23,756 bases of DNA from a bacterium (GTDB lineage: Bacteria > Hydrothermota > Tepidihabitantia > Tepidihabitantales > Tepidihabitantaceae), in NCBI GenBank assembly GCA_046485285.1, contig JAWOHE010000019.1, forward strand, positions 1 through 23,756, given 5' to 3'. This document shows, one piece after another, positions 16,406-23,186 of the stretch. Position 1 is the first letter of the stretch; each line of letters opens with the position of its first letter. A program made the position numbers and the translations under genes. The notes under the pieces were generated by a model. That model had not been told where the DNA came from. It saw only the letters and a list, made by a program, of their open reading frames with translations, and ran no database searches.

Positions 16406-16425
16406 CCCCCGCCGCCCGGCGGGGG
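16406..16425 (+). terminator. GC-rich hairpin after the ABC permeases (no U-tract)
   Basis: cccccgcc-gccc-ggcggggg, an 8-bp stem directly after the stop codon. Confidence 0.4.
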
Positions 16426-16513
16426 GGACGCGGTGGCCGGCCCGGGACCCGAAACCTCACCTCCGTCATGTCGACCGGATGGCCGCAGGCCCGGAGTGGA
16501 GAAATCCCTCTCC

Positions 16514-16715
16514 GGTCCTGGTTCATGGTTCAAAGTCAATAGTCCATGGTTCTCGAACTCACTCTTCGCTCCTCACCCTTCGCGATTCCCCCCTTCCCTT
16601 CTCACCCTTCCCCATCTGCATTCGGGTCTGATTCCGCCCTCTACCCTTCGCCCCCTGCCCTCCGCTCTCTGCAATCTGACGTTCTGGGCCGTCTCTCCCC
16701 CCTCCTCCGCTTCCG
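16514..16715. repeat. Degenerate heptamer tandem repeats / pyrimidine-rich tract
   Basis: ggtcctg gttcatg gttcaaa gtcaata gtccatg gttctcg, then ctcttcg ctcctca cccttcg and further C/T-rich units. Confidence 0.65.
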
Positions 16716-16920
16716 GGCCGCAGACTCTGAAGACGTCGCGGCGGACCCAGCGTGCACCTTCGGGTCAAAGCCCTCGCTGGCGTAGCTCGGGCAGGAGCCG
16801 CTCGCTGGCCCTGTTTTGGGCATCAAGACGTAAGTCACACACCGACCGAGCTTTGACGGCAGGGGGGGGATAGGGGTGTCGTCCGACTCTTCGGTGCCTC
16901 TCTGCACACCCAACATCATA

Positions 16921-16936
16921 TGCAGGTCCCGTGCCG
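16921..16936 (-). promoter_or_regulatory. Candidate sigma54 (-24/-12) promoter
   Basis: The minus strand reads CGGCACG-GGAC-CTGCA against the consensus TGGCACG-N4-TTGCW, with correct GG-N10-GC spacing. A TGTC-N7-GACA palindrome lies about 70 bp upstream (17005-17019). Confidence 0.45.
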
Positions 16937-17193
16937 CCTACGCCCGTGACGCAAGGCCTGCAGGACCGTCACTTACGAATGTGCGTCTGTACGACGTTCC
17001 GGCCTGTCGCAGTGGGACAAAGTCTGCCGGTCGTACAAGAGCCTCATGGCAGGTAGCTTGTGGCGTCGCGATGTCGCCCTCCTACGTGAGCCAGACCGGT
17101 CCTGACACCCGGCCCCGGCCGCCCGGGAAGTGCAGTGCCCGGTGCGGGTGTCGGGCAGTTCAGAGCCGCTCGCCTCGGCTCGGCAAATATCGC

Positions 17194-17244
17194 TTGACCC
17201 GGCCGTCTCGGCGGGTAGGGTTAGCAGAGCCGCCCGAAAGGAGG
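17194..17244 (+). promoter_or_regulatory. Putative promoter and RBS of the KamA-family gene
   Basis: TTGACC-N16-TAGGGT, then AAGGAGG (17238-17244) 9 nt before the TTG at 17254. Confidence 0.55.
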
Positions 17245-17253
17245 ACACGACCG

Positions 17254-19035
17254 TTGACCCCTGACTTCGACCGCGTCTGGTCCGCGAACCCGGAAGTCCA
17301 CGGACTGCTCCGGACCTCGGCCACGGTCGGCAAGGCGCGACACCGCCTGTTCGAGTACCTCAACCGCCAGGAACGCCGGTTCCTCAACGAACACTACCCG
17401 GTCAACGACCTCGAGTTCGCGACGATGCTCCGGGCGGTCTCGGTGATGAAGAACGTCATCGCGGTCCGGAACGAACGCAAGGCCGGGTTCAGCGCGCTCC
17501 GGCTACTCCACGACGCTGCCCGCGGCCGGGTCGGCGAGGACGCGGCCGCGGCCGGGTTCAAAGAGGAGTTCCACCACCTTCTGCGCGCGGTCCGGGGCGA
17601 GAGCAGGCTCTACCCGGACTCGAACGTCGTGCCGCCGGTGCAGTACACCGGCCGCGAGGCCGCGCTCATCCGGTCGAACAAGCTCGACAAGCTGGCGGAG
17701 AAGGTCGAGCGGCATCTGGCCCGCTACCCTCACGGCCTCCTCCCCGCCGTGCTCAAGCGACGGGAGGCGCACCGCCGCCGCATCCTCGAACTCTTCGGCG
17801 GGTCCGAAGACAACTGGTCCGACTACCGCTGGCATCTCCGCCACGTCATCCGCGACGCCGAAACCCTGGGCCGGGTGGTCCGGCTCACCGACGACGAAGT
17901 AGCGGCGATAACCGCAGCCCGCAGCCAGCTGGTCCCGTTCGGGGTCACGCCCCACTACGCCGCGCTGATGGACCGCTCGCCGGACCGCGGCGACGACCAC
18001 TCGGTTCGCGCCCAGGTGATTCCCGGCCGCGAGTACGTCCGGCGCCTTGTCGCCGCCCGCGCCGCGGGCGAGCACTCGCTCGACTTCATGCACGAACGCG
18101 AAACCTCGCCGGTCGACTTTGTCACCCGGCGCTACGCCCGCATCGCCATCCTCAAGCCCTGCAGCACCTGCGCGCAGGTCTGCGTCTACTGCCAGCGCAA
18201 CTGGGAAATCAGCCAGCCGATGGCACCGGACGCGACGCCAGCGCCCGACCAGCTCGAGGCCGCGGTCGAGTGGCTCCGGGCGCACCCGGCGATCACCGAG
18301 GTCCTCGTCACCGGCGGCGACCCGCTGGTCACCGGCACACCCTACATTGCCCGGGTCCTTGCCGCGCTCGCCGCCATCGACCACGTCGGTCGCATCCGCA
18401 TCGGCACCCGCACCCCGGTCACCGTGCCCCAGCGCATCACCTCGTCGCTCGCCGACGCCATCGGCCGCTGGCACGAGCCCGGTCGGCGCGAAGTCTGCGT
18501 CGTCACCCACGTCCAGCACGTCTACGAATTCACAGCCGAGACCGTCGCCGCGGTCGCGCGGCTCCGCCGCCGCGGCATCAGCGTCTATAACCAGCTCGTC
18601 TACACCCGCGAGGTCAGCCGGCGTTTCGAGGCCGCCGCGCTCCGTCACCGCCTCCGCCTCATCGGCATCGACCCCTACTACACCTTCAACACCAAGGGCA
18701 AGGAAGAAACCGAGGACTTCCGGGTCCCGATCGCCCGCCTCCGCCAGGAACAGAAGGAAGAAGCCCGGCTGATGCCGGGCCTCGAGCGCGCCGATGAAGC
18801 GGTCTACAATATCCCCGGGATGGGCAAGAACTACCTCCGCGGCTCGCAGCACCACGCGGTGATTATGATCCTGCCCGACGGCCGGCGGGTCTACGAGTTC
18901 CATCCCTGGGAAAAGCGCATTTCGCCCGCCCCGACCTATGTCGACACCGACGTCAGCATCTGGGACTACCTCGAGTGGCTCAAATCGCGCGGCGAGTCCC
19001 CGCGCGACTACCGCAGCATCTGGTACTACTGGTAG
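17254..19035 (+). CDS. KamA-family radical SAM protein (lysine 2,3-aminomutase-like, long form, 593 aa)
   Basis: W.DYRW.L.H.I, F.VTP.YA.L, VTRRY, CAQVCVYCQR (CxxxCxxC), EVLVTGGDPL, RIRIGTR.PV..PQRIT, NQ.V, and PGMGK (putative PLP lysine). Start reassigned from the RBS. Confidence 0.92.
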   Translation: MTPDFDRVWSANPEVHGLLRTSATVGKARHRLFEYLNRQERRFLNEHYPVNDLEFATMLRAVSVMKNVIAVRNERKAGFSALRLLHDAARGRVGEDAAAAGFKEEFHHLLRAVRGESRLYPDSNVVPPVQYTGREAALIRSNKLDKLAEKVERHLARYPHGLLPAVLKRREAHRRRILELFGGSEDNWSDYRWHLRHVIRDAETLGRVVRLTDDEVAAITAARSQLVPFGVTPHYAALMDRSPDRGDDHSVRAQVIPGREYVRRLVAARAAGEHSLDFMHERETSPVDFVTRRYARIAILKPCSTCAQVCVYCQRNWEISQPMAPDATPAPDQLEAAVEWLRAHPAITEVLVTGGDPLVTGTPYIARVLAALAAIDHVGRIRIGTRTPVTVPQRITSSLADAIGRWHEPGRREVCVVTHVQHVYEFTAETVAAVARLRRRGISVYNQLVYTREVSRRFEAAALRHRLRLIGIDPYYTFNTKGKEETEDFRVPIARLRQEQKEEARLMPGLERADEAVYNIPGMGKNYLRGSQHHAVIMILPDGRRVYEFHPWEKRISPAPTYVDTDVSIWDYLEWLKSRGESPRDYRSIWYYW

Positions 19036-19042
19036 CCGGCCC

Positions 19043-19077
19043 GGAGACGGGAGACGGACGACGAGAGACGGGCACGC
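19043..19077. repeat. Heptamer tandem repeat
   Basis: ggagacg ggagacg gacgacg agagacg ggcacgc immediately after the KamA stop. Confidence 0.7.
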
Positions 19078-19360
19078 GGTCCCCGGTCATTCCTGCCGGC
19101 GCCGGCGCTGAAGACGGTGCATCCAATCCCCGCCCACGCCGTCGAAACGGCAGAGAGGCTGACAACCGGTCCTGGCACGGTTTAGGACTGGAAGAGCAGC
19201 GGCGGTCAGCTTCGGGACTTGGCCTGTTGGACTGGCTCACAGGCCTCACCGGTTGGTCTGCCCGGCCGGACGCTGCTGCTGACTCGGGCCGGATTCCGGT
19301 CGGGAGCAGAGACGCTCTGAGCAATGCGGGCGCCGGGGTGAGGACCGGCGCCCGCCGCGT

Positions 19361-19450
19361 TTACGAAGGTTGCGGCCGGACGGACCGGACGCGCAACCGT
19401 CCGGTGCAGAGTTGCGTCAGAAGAACTGTAACTAGAGTGACTGCTTTCAT
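19361..19450 (-). CDS. Putative 29-aa small protein or remnant of a secreted-protein gene
   Basis: AAGGAGG-cag-ATG, then MKAVTLVTVLLTQLCTGRLRVRSVRPQPS*. An 11-bp hairpin (19326-19355) follows the stop. Confidence 0.4.
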   Translation of the reverse strand: MKAVTLVTVLLTQLCTGRLRVRSVRPQPS

Positions 19451-19589
19451 CTGCCTCCTTGCTGACTTCTGCGGGGCCTGACCGCCCCGCGGGAGTCTCT
19501 ATCCCGGAGCAACCCCGGGCCACTCCCCGGAGTCAAACATACTGAACGCGACAGGGAGTCACTGCCAAGGCTCCCGACTGCTTACTCCT

Positions 19590-19656
19590 CGGCAAAGGGC
19601 GGGTCACCGCCCTTTGCCGTTGCCCGGAAAGGCAATGCCCGCCGCCAGGCGGGCAT
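19590..19656 (-). terminator. Tandem hairpins downstream of fabG
   Basis: cggcaaagggcgg-gtca-ccgccctttgccg (13 bp), ttgcc-N6-ggcaa and atgcccgcc-gcca-ggcgggcat (9 bp). Confidence 0.55.
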
Positions 19657-19674
19657 CGGCAGGACCCGGAGGTG

Positions 19675-20418
19675 CTACATCAGCATCCCGCCGTCGACCC
19701 GGACGACCTGGCCGGTGATGTAGGCCGCCGCACCGGAGCACAGGAAGAGACACGCCTCGGCGACGTCGCCGGGCGTCCCAAAGCGGCCGAGCGGGATCGC
19801 GCTGGCGTAGGCCTCGCGCGTCGCCGGCTCAAGCTTCGCGGTCATCGCGGTCTCGATGAACCCCGGCGCGACAGCATTGACCGTGATGCCGCGCGGGGCG
19901 AGCTCGCGGGCCGCGCTCTTGGTCAGGCCGATCATCCCGGCCTTGGCCGCGGAGTAGTTCGCCTGGCCGGCGTTGCCCATCTGGCCGACGACCGACGCGA
20001 TGTTGACGATCCTGCCCCACCGCTCCTTCATCATCGGCCGGGCGCAGATCTTTATGAAGTTGAACGCACCCTTGAGGTTGACCGCGAGCACCATGTCCCA
20101 GTCCTGCTCGGTCATCCGCATCATCAGCCCGTCCCGGGTTATGCCGGCGTTGTTGACGAGGACGCCGATTCCCCCGAGCTCGGCGGCAACCCGGCCGCAC
20201 AGCTCGGCGACCGCGGCCGTGTCGCTGACGTCGTTGGCATAGCCGCGGGCGGTGCCGCCCGCCGCGACGATTGCCGCCGCGCAGTCCTCTGCCGACGCCG
20301 CGACTACGTCGCAGGCCGCGACCTTCGCCCCGGCCGCGGCCAGCCGCCGGGCGATTTCGCGGCCGATGCCCGCGCCCGCGCCGGTGACAATCGCGGTTCG
20401 GCCCTCGAGGCCGCTCAC
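19675..20418 (-). CDS. fabG: 3-oxoacyl-[ACP] reductase
   Basis: TGAGAGIG, LVNNAGITRDGLMMRM, GRIVNIASVVG.MGNAGQANYSAAKAG, VAPGFIETAMT, YITGQV..VDGGM. Confidence 0.93.
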   Translation of the reverse strand: MSGLEGRTAIVTGAGAGIGREIARRLAAAGAKVAACDVVAASAEDCAAAIVAAGGTARGYANDVSDTAAVAELCGRVAAELGGIGVLVNNAGITRDGLMMRMTEQDWDMVLAVNLKGAFNFIKICARPMMKERWGRIVNIASVVGQMGNAGQANYSAAKAGMIGLTKSAARELAPRGITVNAVAPGFIETAMTAKLEPATREAYASAIPLGRFGTPGDVAEACLFLCSGAAAYITGQVVRVDGGMLM

Positions 20419-20810
20419 GCCATCCCCTGGGGCTGGGCGGGCCTCGCCGACCCGGGAGCGGTCTCGCCCGGGCGGGCCGACATCGCGCAGTTGCCCTCGA
20501 AGAAACTGTCGCGCTGGATGATCAGCCCCTTGCAGGTGATGTTGCCGTGGACCCGGGCGCCGGACTGAAGCTCGACCGTCTCGGTAGCGACGATATTGCC
20601 CTCGACCGTGCCGGCGATGACCGCCTCGCGGCAGCGGATCTCGCCCTTGATGTGCGACTTGGGACCGGCCAGGACCGTGTCGGAGACCTCGATCTTGCCG
20701 TCAATCCTGCCGTCCATCCGGAGGCTCGCCTTGACTTGCAGGTCTCCGGTGATTGCGGTTTCCGGGCCGATCGCGGTATCGAGGTTACCCTCGGAATGAC
20801 CTTTCGACAT
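20415..20810 (-). CDS. Bactofilin (polymer-forming cytoskeletal protein, CcmA family)
   Basis: T.IG..T.I.GDL.....LR.DG.I.G.I.....V..G....IKGEI.....VIAG.VEGNI.A...V.L...ARV.GNI....L.I.....FEG.C. Confidence 0.93.
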   Translation of the reverse strand: MSKGHSEGNLDTAIGPETAITGDLQVKASLRMDGRIDGKIEVSDTVLAGPKSHIKGEIRCREAVIAGTVEGNIVATETVELQSGARVHGNITCKGLIIQRDSFFEGNCAMSARPGETAPGSARPAQPQGMA

Positions 20811-20835
20811 ATCAGTACTCCCTTCTCAGCACGCC

Positions 20836-20865
20836 AGTATATCGCGGCCGCCCGGGTCGTGTCAA
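20836..20865 (-). promoter_or_regulatory. sigma70 promoter of bactofilin-fabG
   Basis: TTGACA-N18-TATACT followed by an AAGGGAG RBS. Confidence 0.7.
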
Positions 20866-20880
20866 CACTTGATTCCGGGC

Positions 20881-22188
20881 TCAGCCGCCGAGCCGGGCGA
20901 TGACGCGCTCGCCGGCGCGCGGGACGCTCCGGCCGACCGCGCAGGCGTCGAGTGCGAGTCGACCCACTTCCTCGGCCTTGCGCCGGCCGGCGGCGTGGAC
21001 CTCGAACAACACGTCGCCCGGCTGGACCGGGTCACCGACCTTGCGCCGGAACACGAACCCGACTGCCGGGTCAACCCGGGCACCAACCTTCCGCCGACCA
21101 GCACCCAGCTCGACGCCGAGCAGACCGATTCGGAACGCGTCGATCTGCCGCAGGTACCCCCCGTCCGGCGACTTGACCTCAACGACGTGGGGGGCGCGCG
21201 GCAACCGGGCCGGGTCGTCGACGACCCTCGGGTCGCCGCCCTGGGCCTCGACCATCCTCCGGAAGACGTCGAGCGCGCGCCCGTCGCCCAGTGCCCGGAG
21301 CAGAAGGCGCCTTGCCTGCGCCGGCCGGCGCGCGACCCCGGCCAGCATCAGCATCTCCTCGCCCAGCGCGAGGGTGACCTCCTCGAGGTCGAGCGGCCAG
21401 CGGCCCTTCAGGGCCTCGATCGACTCGCTGACCTCGAGGGCGTTGCCGACCGCGCTGCCGAGCGGCTCCGACATCGCCGTGATGACCGCGACGACCTTCT
21501 TGCCCATCCGCGCCCCGATCCGGAGCATCGCCCGGGCCAGGCTCCGCGCCTCGGGCAGCCGGCTCATGAACGCGCCGCCGCCGGTCTTGACGTCGAGCAC
21601 AAGTCCGTCGACTCCCTCGGCCAGCTTCTTGGACATTATGCTCGCCGCGATAAGCGGTATCGAGTCCACCGTCGCGGTGACGTCGCGCAGTGCGTACATC
21701 CGACGGTCCGCCGGGCACAGCCCGTCGGTCTGGCCGATCATGCTGACGCCGACGTCGCGGAGGACGCGCTCGAACTCGCTCCGGCTGAGGTCGGTGCGGA
21801 ACCCCGGGATTGCCTCAAGCTTATCGAGCGTGCCGCCGGTGTGCCCGAGGCTCCGCCCCGAGACCATCGGCACCACCGCGCCGCAGGCCGCGACGAGCGG
21901 CGCGAGGATGAGCGACACCTTGTCGCCGACCCCGCCGGTCGAGTGCTTGTCGACCCTGGCACCCGCCTGCACGGACAGGTCGTACACCTCGCCCGATGCC
22001 ATCAGCGCGGTCGTCAGCGCCACCGTCTCATCGACGGTCATCCCCCGGAAGTAGACCGCCATCAGGAATGCCGCCATCTGGTAGTCGGGCACCGTGCCGT
22101 CGGCGAATCCCGCGACGAGCGAGCTCACTTCGTCCGTGGTCAGCCGCCCCCGGTTCCGCTTGCGGAGTATCAACTCGTAGACATTCAC
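20881..22188 (-). CDS. pdp: Pyrimidine-nucleoside/thymidine phosphorylase
   Basis: PDYQMAAFLMA, DKHSTGGVGDK, SGRSLGHTGGTLDKLE, YALRDVTATV, SIMSKK, LDVKTG.GAF, VGNALEV, LGAGR. Confidence 0.95.
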   Translation of the reverse strand: MNVYELILRKRNRGRLTTDEVSSLVAGFADGTVPDYQMAAFLMAVYFRGMTVDETVALTTALMASGEVYDLSVQAGARVDKHSTGGVGDKVSLILAPLVAACGAVVPMVSGRSLGHTGGTLDKLEAIPGFRTDLSRSEFERVLRDVGVSMIGQTDGLCPADRRMYALRDVTATVDSIPLIAASIMSKKLAEGVDGLVLDVKTGGGAFMSRLPEARSLARAMLRIGARMGKKVVAVITAMSEPLGSAVGNALEVSESIEALKGRWPLDLEEVTLALGEEMLMLAGVARRPAQARRLLLRALGDGRALDVFRRMVEAQGGDPRVVDDPARLPRAPHVVEVKSPDGGYLRQIDAFRIGLLGVELGAGRRKVGARVDPAVGFVFRRKVGDPVQPGDVLFEVHAAGRRKAEEVGRLALDACAVGRSVPRAGERVIARLGG

Positions 22189-22197
22189 GGGAGCGCC

Positions 22198-22225
22198 ATC
22201 ATAACCCGGCGGTGCCGGGTGTCAA
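22198..22225 (-). promoter_or_regulatory. sigma70 promoter of pdp with palindromic spacer
   Basis: TTGACA-N16-TATGAT, with the -10 box 9 nt from the GTG. The spacer contains the inverted repeat acccggc-ggt-gccgggt. Confidence 0.7.
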
Positions 22226-22315
22226 CGGAACGGGAGAATCATGTGATGCCACAGGGACTATGTCAGTCTTGACGTACGGCCGGCGGTCGCCGGGTCGATC
22301 GGCTATGCTGGATGC

Positions 22316-22804
22316 ATGGAAGAAACCCGGGTTCTGCTCAAGGAGCGTGAGTCGGTCCGACTGAGAGTCACCAAAAGGGCCTTGCTGGGTCTGCCGGCGC
22401 ATGCGGCCGCGGATATGCTCAAGCTCTCCACACGTCAGGTCTTCCGCCTCAAGGCTCGCGTGCGTGCCCGGGGAGACAGCGGCATCGTCCATGACAATCG
22501 CGACCGCCAGCCAGACAATGCCCTGCCGGTCAGCCTGCGCCAGCAGGTACTACAGCTGCATCGCGCCAAGTTCTCAGAGTACAACGACTACCACTTTGTC
22601 GAGGCCCTGGAAGAGGAGTACCAGATCAGACTCAACCCGGAGACGGCCCGCCGCTGGCTCCGCGCTGCCGGGGTACCGCCCAAACGACGCTATCGCTCAC
22701 GAAGCAACCACCGCCGCCGGCGGGAACGCCGGCCGCGCTTCGGTGAGCTGGTCTTCATCGACGCAGCCCCCACCAGTGGCTCGGGCCGAGCCAACCGGCA
22801 CTGA
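22316..22804 (+). pseudogene. ISNCY/IS1202-like transposase, frameshifted and interrupted
   Basis: HTH AA.ML.LSTRQV.RL..RVR..G..G..H.NR.R.P.N, ET.RRWL..AG and HRRRRERRPRFGELV.ID. The expected continuation S-P-H-Q-W-L lies in another frame after 22764. Cut at 22805 by an IS3 end. Confidence 0.85.
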
Positions 22805-22868
22805 TGGAATGCCCCCGGTATGGTGGACACCTTGAAAGGCGGGTGTAGCATCGGACCGGAGGTAATCA

Positions 22869-23186
22869 GTGACAGAAGCGCGAGAGCCTCGGAAGACCTA
22901 CACGCGTGAGTTCAAGCTCAACGCAGTCCGACTGACGACCGCGGGCGACGTGACGGTCGTCCGGGTGGCCCGGGAGTTGGGGGTGAACGAGAACACCCTG
23001 CACAAGTGGCGGCAGCAGTTCTGGGCCGACCCGAAGCAGGCGTTTCCGGGCAAGGGCAAGCTGAAGCCTGATGCGGAGGAGGTCCGGCAGCTGCGGCGGG
23101 AGAATCTGCGGCTGAAGCAGGAGAACGAGTTCCTAAAGCGAGCGGCGGTCTGGCTGGCGCGGGAAGCGCACGGAAGTTCCGAGTGA
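22869..23186 (+). CDS. IS3-family transposase OrfA
   Basis: RKTYTREFKLNAVRL...VARELGV...TL.KW...E...LRRE..RLK.ENEFLKRA. GGAGG RBS. Confidence 0.93.
   Translation: MTEAREPRKTYTREFKLNAVRLTTAGDVTVVRVARELGVNENTLHKWRQQFWADPKQAFPGKGKLKPDAEEVRQLRRENLRLKQENEFLKRAAVWLAREAHGSSE

Noticed and set aside
16433-16919. Small ORFs across the pyrimidine-rich tract
   Set aside because: Translations are biased products of heptamer repeats, with no RBS or domain signal.
16876-17253. N-terminal 126 aa of the 719-aa KamA ORF
   Set aside because: Not protein-like; a promoter and AAGGAGG RBS point to the TTG at 17254.
19173-19188. TGGCACG as a second sigma54 promoter
   Set aside because: The -12 position reads AGGA and lacks the required GC.
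19590-19660. c-di-GMP-I riboswitch suggested by GGCAAA and GAAA
   Set aside because: No GACGCAAA/P2-P3 architecture; these are simple perfect hairpins downstream of fabG.
22190-22225. dif/Xer site as an IS1202-type target
   Set aside because: Only a TTATG core matches; there is no convincing XerC/XerD arm pair.
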